Source: Clostridiales bacterium
Lineage (GTDB): Bacteria; Bacillota; Clostridia; Christensenellales; Aristaeellaceae
DNA: 14,727 nucleotides
Assembly (NCBI GenBank): GCA_004556155.1
Contig: SFIM01000050.1
Coordinates: 1-14,727, forward strand
Direction: 5' to 3'
Position numbers and translations under genes: made by a program. Of the stretch, positions 1 to 7,254 are shown in pieces. Below the pieces are notes generated by a model, which searched no databases, was not told the origin of the DNA, and was given only the letters and a program-made list of their open reading frames with translations. Positions within the stretch are counted from its first letter, which is position 1. Each line of letters begins with the position of its first letter.

Positions 1-602
1 AATATACGGATATCTACGAAAACTCCTGGGCTTCCTATTTAGCTAATGTTTCGGGAATCAAGATTAAGAACTTCTCTCGTGGTGGAATGACTGCACGGGA
101 ATATCTGGATTCCTGGGCTGAGAAAAATAACTTTTGGCAAGCTGGTTCTGATTGTCTGGCTTTTATCGTCGCACTAGGAGTGAATGATCTCTTCTTCCGT
201 GGTGTACCAATTGATCACGCCGATGATTCACAAGCAGATTACTCATCCTCATTCAAGGAGCAATTCTGTGAGATTCTTCAGCGATACAGAGCTATTTCTC
301 CAAAAGCGAAGTTCTTCTTGATGACGATGCCCAAAGGGCAATTATTGAGTGAGTGGAATCTGCTTGCTGATCAACATAGACAGCTTATGTATGAGATAGC
401 AGCGCAAACATCCGACTGCTATGTCATTGATCTTCGAGCCTATGCCCCTGAGCTCACTACAGATGCTCGAGAAAAGCTATATTTGAATGGCCATCTCAGT
501 CCAATCGGATATGTTTGGCTTTCAGATATGGTTGGTTCTTACCTTGATTATCTTATTCGTCAACACTATGCGGATTTTGTGCAAATTGGTTTTCCTTATT
601 GA
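1..602 (+). CDS. SGNH/GDSL-type hydrolase (esterase/acylhydrolase family); 5' end lies outside the window
   Basis: Frame 3 is open from base 3 (YTDIYENSWASYLANVSGIKIKNFSRGGMTAREY...), so the listed 87..602 ORF is only the part after an internal Met. SGNH-like blocks are visible: SRGGMT (block II), ALGVNDL (block III), NGHLSPIGY (His block). A terminator hairpin follows at 672-703. Confidence 0.7.
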   Translation, partial: YTDIYENSWASYLANVSGIKIKNFSRGGMTAREYLDSWAEKNNFWQAGSDCLAFIVALGVNDLFFRGVPIDHADDSQADYSSSFKEQFCEILQRYRAISPKAKFFLMTMPKGQLLSEWNLLADQHRQLMYEIAAQTSDCYVIDLRAYAPELTTDAREKLYLNGHLSPIGYVWLSDMVGSYLDYLIRQHYADFVQIGFPY

Positions 603-671
603 TCAAATACTCTCAAATGAATGATTTTTGACATAAGAAAAGAAACCCGATAAGTGGATATGAGAAACAGG

Positions 672-703
672 CCCTTCACTTCTTAAGAGTGGAGGGTTTT
701 GTT
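672..703 (+). terminator. Rho-independent terminator after the SGNH hydrolase gene
   Basis: CCCTTCACT / AGTGGAGGG forms a 9-bp stem (one G-U) with a 7-nt loop, followed directly by TTTTGTT. Confidence 0.6.
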
Positions 704-903
704 GGTGATTATTGCAGTAGCGCTGGCAATGAACCAAACATGAATACCAGTAACTTCTCAGACAAGTGATGCTATTCGGTGTCAAAACAAACAAGATTCC
801 GTATAATTTGGCAATTACCTCTATGCTCTTTCGATACTCTATGATAAAGTATATATTGTCAGGTTTGCTATGAATTGTGTTTACTTTTCAGGAGGATTAG
901 GAA

Positions 904-1335
904 ATGAAGTCCTGCAAATTCTGTAGTACACATGTTGAGGACAGTGTCACGCATTGCCCTTCGTGTGGTTCAAACACATTCAGATATCTTTGCGAGAATT
1001 GCGGCACTGCTTTTGACAGCGCATACTGCCCAAACTGCGGCATCAAGGCTGGACAGAAAAAGAAAGTATGCCCGGAGTGTCATTCTATTTACTTCACCCC
1101 TGCTTGCCCTCACTGCGGGTATACAGAAATTAGGAAGCCGGTTATCCAACAGACAGTCGTTCATGAACGTGTGTATGTAGAGCCTTCGGATGAAGATGAC
1201 GAGAATGAACAATCGCAAGCGAAAGAGAAAGGAACCGGCTGCGGTTGTCTGGTTTTCATTTTGGCCTTTGTAATTCTTGGCATGGTTGCGTTCAATGTGA
1301 TGTCGGCCACACCGAAGAAGGTCACTCATACTTAG
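904..1335 (+). CDS. Triple zinc-ribbon (DZR-like) protein with acidic linker and C-terminal transmembrane helix
   Basis: Strong RBS (AGGAGGATTAGGAAATG). There are six CxxC pairs arranged as three zinc ribbons (CKFC..CPSC, CENC..CPNC, CPEC..CPHC). These are followed by SDEDDENEQ and the hydrophobic segment CLVFILAFVILGMVAFNVM. The stop codon coincides with an abrupt composition junction at 1335/1336. Confidence 0.75.
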   Translation: MKSCKFCSTHVEDSVTHCPSCGSNTFRYLCENCGTAFDSAYCPNCGIKAGQKKKVCPECHSIYFTPACPHCGYTEIRKPVIQQTVVHERVYVEPSDEDDENEQSQAKEKGTGCGCLVFILAFVILGMVAFNVMSATPKKVTHT

Positions 1336-1486
1336 ACTGGAGCCATGTTTATGTCAGTCAGCAGGCCAAAGGCGAAGGTGCGTCCCATCCCAACGCCATC
1401 CACCAGCTCCGGATCGCTGTTGCTGAAGAAGCCGCCTCTGTCATTGCCGCCCGTGTACAGGCTGTCGATGTCCAGTATCGCCTGTG

Positions 1487-1868
1487 TCAGCCCTTCACAG
1501 CGCCGCTGGTCATGCCAGCCACGAAATAGCGGTTGAATATCAGGTAGATGATCATCATTGGGATCATGGAAATGGCAGTTCCGGCCAGTATCAGGTTCCA
1601 GGAGGAGGCTGCAGCGCCGGAGGATTTCAGCCGCATGATACCGACCACCAAAGGCATGCGCTTGGGATCAGTCATGGTGAATACCATGGGCAGCATGTAA
1701 TCATTCCAGCTGCTGCGGAAGGCCAGGATGCCTACGGTAGCAATCAGCGGCTTGCATAGCGGGAAAATGATGTTGTAGTAGATGCGGAAGAAGGAGCAGC
1801 CATCAATCTTGGCTGCCTCGTCAATTTCAGTGGGGATGGTGTTGATATACCCTTGGGCAATGAACAGA
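1487..1868 (-). pseudogene. C-terminal fragment (~127 codons) of a carbohydrate ABC transporter permease (MalG/BPD inner-membrane component family)
   Basis: The minus-strand translation reads HLFIAQGYINTIPTEIDEAAKIDGCSFFRIYYNIIFPLCKPLIATVGILAFRSSWNDYMLPMVFT...IYLIFNRYFVAGMTSGAVKG*. This contains the EAA-loop signature and the typical C-terminus of sugar ABC permeases. There is no N-terminal half; the reading frame runs straight into the transposase remnant at ~1868. Confidence 0.8.
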
Positions 1869-2851
1869 TGTGGAAATCAGCACCCCGCGGGATCGGAAGG
1901 GCGAGTTTGAGCCGCAGCTGCTCAAGAAGAACCAAACCAGCATCAGCCAGGACATCGAGGAAAAGATTCTGTCTATGTATGCCAAAGGAATGACGACGTC
2001 GGATATCGAAACTCATATCCGGGACATTTACGGCGTGGAGATATCGGATACCACCGTCAGCAGAATCACGGACAAGATCCTGCCCATCGTCAGGGAATGG
2101 CAGCAGAGACCCCTGGAAAGCACCTATGCCGTCGTTTTCATGGACGCCATCCACTACCATGTCCGCAGCGAAGGGCAGATCGTAAAAAAAGGCCGTGTAT
2201 ATCGCCATTGGAATTGATCTGGAAGACCGCAAGGACGTTCTGGGCATGTGGGTCGGGGAAAACGAGAGCGCCAAGTACTGGGCGATGGTGCTCAGCAGCC
2301 TCAAAAATCGAGGGGTCAACGACATTTTCATCGCGTGCACAGACAACCTGACTGGGTTTTCGAACGCCATCAATGCAGTGTTTCCACAGACAGACATCCA
2401 GAACTGCATTATCCACCAGCTGCGCAATTCGAGCAAATATGTGTCCTACAAGGATTTGAAACCGCTCATGGCCGATCTCAAAGCTGTTTATGCCGCAGTA
2501 GATGAACCGTCGGCCCAAAGCGCCCTGGATGCCTTTGAAGAAGCCTGGGGAAAGAAGTATCCCCGGATCGCCGCTTCCTGGCGGGAAAACTGGGCGAATC
2601 TGAGCACGTATTTCAAGTTCCCGCAGGAGATTCGTCGGCTGATCTATACGACCAATGCCATTGAGGGTTTCAATCGCCAGCTTCGCAAGGTCACCAAATC
2701 CAAGACGGTTTTCCCTACGGATGACAGCCTGCTGAAAATGCTGTATCTCGCCATGATGGACATCACGAAGAAATGGACGGGACGGCGGCAGGATTGGAGC
2801 GTCATTCATGCCCAATTGGCGATCTATTATGCCGACAGGATGTCCGGGTAA
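1864..2851 (+). pseudogene. IS256-family (Mutator-type) DDE transposase, 5'-truncated and frameshifted
   Basis: Two consecutive ORFs (1870..2217 and 2195..2851) together read ...PRDRKGEFEPQLLKK...MYAKGMTTSDIETHIRDIYG...VVFMDAIHYHVR..IVKK|AVYIAIGIDLEDRKDVLG...IACTDNLTGF...TTNAIEGFNRQLRK. This is the IS256 transposase core with D, D and E motif contexts. The frames are joined by a 1-nt excess in the A7GG run at 2184-2192. About 90 N-terminal residues and the left IS end are missing. Confidence 0.88.
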
Positions 2852-3028
2852 CAGAAATCCCTTGCCCGTCAAGGGTAAATGAACAGCGGCTGCGCCGCTG
2901 CCCTTGACAGGCTGCGGAATTTCTGTTGCATAGCAGCCAAGGCGGCGAACAGGGTACCCTGCCCGCCGCCTCGATCCACTTTAGTTTTTGCACCAGCTTT
3001 TGAGTTTACACAAATTGGGGATAGACCC
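1864..3028 (+). mobile_element. IS256-family insertion sequence remnant (left end deleted, right end apparently present)
   Basis: The transposase remnant is followed by a 3' non-coding part ending in GAGTTTACACAAATTGGGGATAGACCC (3002-3028). This resembles the IS256-type right inverted repeat (TTTACACAA core). Composition switches to AT-rich immediately after 3028. No left inverted repeat and no target-site duplication were found. Confidence 0.6.
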
Positions 3029-3140
3029 TTGCTCCACTGGATGAACCATTACCCCCGTAGAAAACTCGATTACGCTTCTGCTTTTGAGCAGTCTGCTCTT
3101 GCTCCCATCCTATCCAAGGCATACCTCCGGGCTTTTTCTG

Positions 3141-3368
3141 TTAATCCTTAGATGCGGTATCCTTTTCGTCCGGTACAGTTTCAATGATCTCATTAATGTT
3201 GCAGTTCAGGGCTTCGCATATTTTTAAAAGTACATCTGTTGTTAAGTTTTCGCCTTTTCCTAATTTAGCTAGGGATGCAGTGCTGATGCCGCTCATTTCG
3301 CGGAGTTGCTTTTTTGAAATCTCTTTTTCAAGCAGGATTCTCCATAAAGGCTTATAGCTAATTCTCAT
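3141..3368 (-). CDS. Small XRE/Cro-C1-family helix-turn-helix transcriptional regulator (75 aa)
   Basis: The HTH pattern ISKKQLREMSGISTASLAKLGKGENLTTDVLLKICEALNCNINEII is typical of short XRE regulators on mobile DNA. The RBS is GGAGGAG, 5 nt before the ATG. Confidence 0.9.
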   Translation of the reverse strand: MRISYKPLWRILLEKEISKKQLREMSGISTASLAKLGKGENLTTDVLLKICEALNCNINEIIETVPDEKDTASKD

Positions 3369-3693
3369 TTAAACTCCTCCATCTCGCCACATTGGCGGAC
3401 GATTCAGCTAAAAAATGTAGTGGTTTTGAAAATCCATGCAGTCCTGTGTTGAACTTCTACTATGTTTTAGAGGCTTTGACCGGCTAAACATGCATAAGAT
3501 ATGAATAAATATTAGCGCGTGAAATCAGGGAAACGGCCTGATATGCGGGTATGGTTGCTAACGGAACGGGTCACCTGATTAGCTAAATTGCAAAGCTGAT
3601 GCTGGAAAATCTAACAGCTACCGCGTAGGTTTGCTCGGTTAATAGAAAATGCTTTATATAACTATCTTAAAATTTGCGATGACAAATTTCTGA

Positions 3694-3722
3694 TTGACCA
3701 TCGTGTTCTATTATGCTATAGT
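3694..3722 (+). promoter_or_regulatory. Near-consensus sigma-A promoter with extended -10, divergent from the XRE gene
   Basis: TTGACC (3694-3699), a 17-nt spacer, then TGcTATAGT (TG at 3714-3715, -10 at 3717-3722). Confidence 0.6.
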
Positions 3723-3728
3723 ATGAAT

Positions 3729-3912
3729 TGGTTTTATCCGTTCAGCTACGAGTGTTTGCAATTTTGAGATCCAACAAAGGGGAGCGCTGTTAGAAATCAG
3801 GGCAAAATGTTGGCAACCTGCAAACAAAACCCCTGAATCTGCTAGCAGAAGGGCCTGGGAGAAAAAGAAAAGCGCCCGCTTTTGTTAGCAGGCTGCTGTT
3901 AGCAGCTTTTTG
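3729..3912 (+). ncRNA. Candidate ~185-nt non-coding transcript (hypothetical; family unknown)
   Basis: It starts just downstream of the 3694-3722 promoter. There is no ORF with a usable RBS and start codon. A long imperfect hairpin spans 3787-3848 (CTGTTAG..TCAGGG / CCCTGA..CTAGCAG). It ends in GCTGCT-GTT-AGCAGC (3892-3906) followed by TTTTT (3907-3911). Confidence 0.25.
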
Positions 3913-3931
3913 CTCCAAAAACGGGCTTTTT

Positions 3932-4008
3932 TGGCGATCCCGGCGCGATTCGAACGCGCGACGTTCCGCTTAGGAGGCGGACCCTCTATCCTGCTGAGGT
4001 ACGGGACC
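3932..4008 (-). tRNA. tRNA-Arg (anticodon CCU), 77 nt with encoded CCA
   Basis: The hand-folded cloverleaf is GGTCCCG TA CCTC AGCAGGATA GAGG G TCCGC CTCCTAA GCGGA ACGTC GCGCG TTCGAAT CGCGC CGGGATC G CCA. All stems pair (one G-U in the acceptor). T8, A14, G18G19, T33, the T54T55C56 loop and G53-C61 are present. The D stem has an unusual C10-G25 pair. Confidence 0.93.
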
Positions 4009-4013
4009 ATGTC

Positions 4014-4044
4014 CTCGAAATCCTTATTTCACAAGGCTTTCGAG
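4014..4044. repeat. Conserved leader hairpin immediately 5' of the tRNA-Arg (copy 1 of 2)
   Basis: On the minus strand it reads CTCGAAAGCCTT-GTGAAAT-AAGGATTTCGAG, 11 bp plus one mismatch. On the plus strand the same hairpin is followed by CTTTTCGTTCTT, so it could act as a terminator for plus-strand read-through. Confidence 0.55.
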
Positions 4045-4234
4045 CTTTTCGTTCTTCCTGACCGAGGGAAGTAATCCGGGCTTTCCGCGTTAGCTGTCTA
4101 ACTGCGGGCGGCGTGTTCGACTTTCACGAGCCCTTCATCTTCCGCCTGATGTTAGCAGTTTGGCGGTAGCTCTGGGAGGGAAAATCGGACGAAATCAGGA
4201 GGAATCTTGCTATCCGGTCGCTCAATTCAGGCGG

Positions 4235-4288
<54 letters not shown>

Positions 4289-4293
4289 ATACT

Positions 4294-4325
4294 CTCGAAA
4301 GTCCTTATTTTGCAAGGCTTTCGAG
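4294..4325. repeat. Conserved leader hairpin immediately 5' of tRNA-like copy 2 (copy 2 of 2)
   Basis: It reads CTCGAAAGCCTT-GCAAAAT-AAGG(A)CTTTCGAG, 12 bp with one bulged A. It sits at the same position relative to the GGTCCCG start as hairpin 4014-4044. Confidence 0.55.
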
Positions 4326-4525
4326 GCTTCGGCGATTACTCACCGTGAGGCTGGGGGTGATTTTGGCTAATCTGGAAGGTCGATTTCTAATCAGCTTTTC
4401 TAACTTTGGCGGTAGGACATTTTCCCACCTGCTGATTTTGGCCTTCGGTTCGGGGGCGTCGGAGTGATCGGGATTCCGGGTCACTTCCGAACGCAGTTCG
4501 CACTTTCAGCTTCTGGAAAATCGGT

Positions 4526-4579
4526 GGTCGGCCTTCTTCTTAGGAGGCGGACCCTCTATCCTACTGAGGTACAGGCGCC
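4526..4579 (-). pseudogene. tRNA-Arg(CCU)-like 5' half, second partial copy
   Basis: The minus strand reads GCGCCTGTACCTCAGTAGGATAGAGGGTCCGCCTCCTAA, then diverges into GAAGAAGGCCGACC. The D arm and anticodon 5' stem/loop are nearly identical to the real tRNA. The acceptor strand differs and there is no T arm. GGTC...GACC closes an extended hairpin. Confidence 0.55.
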
Positions 4580-4592
4580 TGAACGTTTATCT

Positions 4593-4621
4593 ATCATAGC
4601 ATAAAACGCAGCGATACGCAA
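4593..4621 (-). promoter_or_regulatory. Sigma-A promoter with extended -10 reading into the tRNA-like / tRNA-Arg modules
   Basis: The minus strand reads TTGCGT (4621-4616), a 17-nt spacer, then TGcTATGAT (-10 at 4598-4593). The -10 ends 13 bp upstream of tRNA-like copy 3. Confidence 0.55.
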
Positions 4622-4652
4622 CCATCAATTGTTAATGGAAGGAAACAAGCCC

Positions 4653-5519
4653 ATGATTTGTACGCTTTGTCCGCGCATGTGCCGAGCCCAGCGCGATGAA
4701 ACCCATGGCGAGGGCTATTGCGGCATGGGCACGCGCGCGGTGGTAGCCCGCGCGGCTCCGCACTACTGGGAGGAAGCCTGCCTGTCCGGTACGCGCGGCT
4801 GTGGCACCATCTTTTTCAGTGGCTGCCCGCTGGGCTGCGTATACTGCCAAAATTACGAAATCAGCCATGAAAAGCAGGGCCGTCCCGTGACGGATGAGGA
4901 ACTGGCCGAGTTGATTGCCAATTTGGCCGCGCAAGGCGTACACAATATCTCCTTTGTGACGGGCACGCACTTTGTGCCGGCCATCCTGCGTGCGTTGGAT
5001 ATCGCCCGGCCCGCGCTGCCTATTGTATGGAATACCGGCGGCTATGAGCGTGTGGATACCCTGCGGGCACTGGATGGCCGGGTGGATATCTACCTGCCCG
5101 ATCTTAAAAATGTGTCTCCGCGCCTGGGCAAGGTGCTGGCAAACGCCCCTGATTATTTTGAGGCCGCGTCACAGGCCATACTGGAAATGCTGCGGCAGAC
5201 CGGCTCCGTGCAGTATGACGTGCAGGGCATGATGACGCGCGGCACGATTATTCGCCATCTGGTCATTCCCGGCTGCACGGGGGATAGCCTGAAGGTAATG
5301 GATTGGATTGCCCAGAACACCCCGCAGGGTACGCCGGTGAGCATCATGCGCCAGTATACGCCCATTGCGCAGTGCCATGTGAAAGGGCTGAATCGCCGCG
5401 TGACGGACGAGGAATATGAGCGTGTGCTCGATCGTGCGCGCGATCTGGGACTGAACGCCTTTGTGCAGGAGAAGGAATCCGCCCAGAGCAAATACATACC
5501 AGATTTCAATATGAAATAG
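4653..5519 (+). CDS. Radical SAM protein, PflX-like (putative glycyl-radical/pyruvate formate-lyase activating enzyme family)
   Basis: The CPLGCVYCQN motif is the CxxxCxxC radical SAM cluster motif. The N-terminal MICTLCPRMCRAQRD...GYCG cysteine cluster is typical of the COG1313/PflX group. The ATG at 4653 has a GGAAGGAAA RBS 7 nt upstream. The track start (4629, TTG) and the ATG at 4635 are less likely. Confidence 0.85.
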   Translation: MICTLCPRMCRAQRDETHGEGYCGMGTRAVVARAAPHYWEEACLSGTRGCGTIFFSGCPLGCVYCQNYEISHEKQGRPVTDEELAELIANLAAQGVHNISFVTGTHFVPAILRALDIARPALPIVWNTGGYERVDTLRALDGRVDIYLPDLKNVSPRLGKVLANAPDYFEAASQAILEMLRQTGSVQYDVQGMMTRGTIIRHLVIPGCTGDSLKVMDWIAQNTPQGTPVSIMRQYTPIAQCHVKGLNRRVTDEEYERVLDRARDLGLNAFVQEKESAQSKYIPDFNMK

Positions 5520-5559
5520 CAGCATTCAGAAAACTGTGTTTTTAAACGAAAAATTTCTC

Positions 5560-5591
5560 AATCCGCCTTTTGTACAAGGCGGATTTGTGTT
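5560..5591 (+). terminator. Rho-independent terminator after the radical SAM gene
   Basis: AATCCGCC / GGCGGATT forms an 8-bp stem with a 10-nt loop, followed by TGTGTT. Confidence 0.5.
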
Positions 5592-5596
5592 ATAAT
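5570..5596 (+). promoter_or_regulatory. Possible promoter of the DUF1846 gene (extended -10 type)
   Basis: TGtTATAAT (TG at 5588-5589, -10 at 5591-5596) with a weak TTGTAC -35 at a short 15-nt spacing. It overlaps the preceding terminator. Confidence 0.4.
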
Positions 5597-5647
5597 CGAT
5601 GTGTTTGGGATTTTTTGCGGAAAAGATGAACAGGGGGAAGGGCACAC

Positions 5648-7129
5648 ATGAAAATCGGTTTTGATCACGATCAATATACGCGCATGCAGTCTGAGCATAT
5701 TCGGGAGCGCATCAGCCAGTTTGGCGGCAAGCTCTATCTGGAGCTGGGCGGCAAGCTGTTTGATGATAACCATGCTTCCCGCGTGCTGCCGGGCTTCCGG
5801 CCGGACAGCAAAATTTCCATGCTGCTGACCATGCGCGATCAGGCTGAGCTGGTGATCGTGATCAATGCCGACGATATTGAAAAAAACAAGGTGCGCGGCG
5901 ACCTGGGCATTACCTATGATGCGGATGTGCTGCGCCTGATCGACGCTTTCCGCGGTGTGGGCATGTACGTGGGCAGCGTGGTGCTGACGCGCTTCAACAG
6001 CCAGCCGCAGGCCATCGCCTTCCAGAAGCGCCTGGAAGCACTGGGCGTGCGCGTGTATCGCCATTATCCCATTCCGGGCTATCCCAATAATGTCGATCTG
6101 ATTGTAAGCGACGAGGGTTACGGCCGCAATGAGTATGTGGAAACCACCCGCCCGCTGGTGCTGGTGACGGCCCCCGGCCCGGGCAGCGGCAAGATGGCCG
6201 CCTGCCTGTCCCAGCTGTATCACGAAAACAAGCATGGAGTCAAGGCGGGCTACGCCAAGTTTGAAACCTTCCCCATCTGGAACCTGCCGCTGATGCATCC
6301 GGTCAACGTGGCCTATGAAGCCGCCACGGCCGACCTGAACGATGTGAACATGATCGATCCCTTCCACCTGGAAGCCTACGGCGAAACGACGGTTAATTAT
6401 AACCGTGATATCGAGGTTTTCCCGGTGCTGCAGGCCATTTTCACGCATATCTGGGGCGGATCGCCCTACCGTTCGCCCACTGATATGGGCGTGAACATGG
6501 TGGGCAAGTGCATTTCGGACGATGCTATTTGTCGCGAAGCGGCCAAGCAGGAGATTATCCGCCGCCTGTATCATGCCCGCTGTCAGGAGCGCAAGGGCCA
6601 TGGCAATGAGAATGAGCTGACCAAGCTGGAAATGCTGATGCAGCGCATGGGGCTGAGCGATGAGAACCGTCCGGTGACGGCGGCCGCCCGGCTGCGCACG
6701 GAGCAGACCGGCGCGCCTGCGGCGGCTTTGCAGCTGGATGATGGGCGCATCGTGACAGGCAAAACCTCCTCATTGCTGGGCCCATCCGCCGCTATGCTGC
6801 TGAATGCGCTCAAGGCGCTGGGCGGCATTGACGATGAAATCCCCCTGCTGCAGCCGCAGATCATCGAGCCTGTGCAGGAGCTGAAATGCAAGTACCTGGG
6901 CAATCATAACCCGCGTCTTCATACGGACGAAGTGCTGGTGGCGCTGTCTGTATCCGCCGCAACCAGCGAGATGGCGGCCCGTGCGATTGAACAGCTTCCC
7001 AAGCTCAAGGGGCTGGAGGCGCACACCACTGTGATCCTCTCGCCCGTGGATGAAAACGTGTTCCGACGCCTGGGGGTCAACCTGACCTCCGATCCGGTGT
7101 ATCAAACCCACAAGCTCTATCATAAATAA
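5648..7129 (+). CDS. UPF0371 / DUF1846 family protein (conserved, function unknown)
   Basis: The full-length 493-aa protein carries the family's conserved blocks: KLYLE.GGK...RVLPG, VTAPGPGSGK, GYAKFETFPIWNLPL.HPVN.AYEAATADL.DVNMIDPFHL, SPTDMGVNM. The RBS is GGGGGAAGGG. Confidence 0.9.
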   Translation: MKIGFDHDQYTRMQSEHIRERISQFGGKLYLELGGKLFDDNHASRVLPGFRPDSKISMLLTMRDQAELVIVINADDIEKNKVRGDLGITYDADVLRLIDAFRGVGMYVGSVVLTRFNSQPQAIAFQKRLEALGVRVYRHYPIPGYPNNVDLIVSDEGYGRNEYVETTRPLVLVTAPGPGSGKMAACLSQLYHENKHGVKAGYAKFETFPIWNLPLMHPVNVAYEAATADLNDVNMIDPFHLEAYGETTVNYNRDIEVFPVLQAIFTHIWGGSPYRSPTDMGVNMVGKCISDDAICREAAKQEIIRRLYHARCQERKGHGNENELTKLEMLMQRMGLSDENRPVTAAARLRTEQTGAPAAALQLDDGRIVTGKTSSLLGPSAAMLLNALKALGGIDDEIPLLQPQIIEPVQELKCKYLGNHNPRLHTDEVLVALSVSAATSEMAARAIEQLPKLKGLEAHTTVILSPVDENVFRRLGVNLTSDPVYQTHKLYHK

Positions 7130-7142
7130 CAATGCTTCCCCT

Positions 7143-7180
7143 GCGCCGCGCGCCGAAATGGATGCGCGGCGCTGCTTTTG
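7143..7180 (+). terminator. Rho-independent terminator after the DUF1846 gene
   Basis: GCGCCGCGC (7143-7151) pairs with GCGCGGCGC (7164-7172) as a perfect 9-bp GC stem, followed by TGCTTTTG. Confidence 0.7.
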
Positions 7181-7254
7181 GCTGAAAAGCCCGCGCCTGC
7201 GCTGAAAATATGTCGCATTCCGGAAAAATTTGTGTAGAAAATGTTTCAATCCAC

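Noticed and set aside
1332-1486. Minus-strand ORF tail (QAILDIDSLYTGGNDRGGFFSNSDPELVDGVGMGRTFAFGLLTDINMAPV*) after the permease stub
   Set aside because: It has no start codon or RBS and is cut off by the 1335/1336 junction. I do not recognise the family, so it is mentioned only as part of the GC-rich patch.
2184-2192. Programmed ribosomal frameshift at the A7GG run of the transposase
   Set aside because: As far as I know, IS256-family transposases are made from a single ORF. This copy is also N-terminally truncated, so a degenerative indel or a homopolymer sequencing error is the simpler reading.
1744-2872. Minus-strand ORFs 1744..2436 (230 aa) and 2138..2872 (244 aa)
   Set aside because: They are antisense to the clearly recognisable IS256 transposase frames.
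3029-3122. Minus-strand mini-ORF MPWIGWEQEQTAQKQKRNRVFYGGNGSSSG... downstream of the XRE gene, seemingly cut by the IS end
   Set aside because: GGAGG is only 1 nt from the ATG. The sequence has no recognisable features, so I cannot support it as a disrupted gene.
4009-4050. TTGTGA-17-CATGGT (and TTGCAA-18-TATGGT at 4286-4315) as dedicated promoters for the tRNA and for copy 2
   Set aside because: The putative -10 would overlap the first bases of the mature tRNA, so transcription would start inside it. The segment is better explained as a leader hairpin.
4488-4500. CGAAC-GCA-GTTCG palindrome as a LexA/Cheo box
   Set aside because: The spacer is 3 nt rather than 4. It lies inside the non-coding modules, far from any SOS-type gene, and is more likely just a small RNA hairpin.
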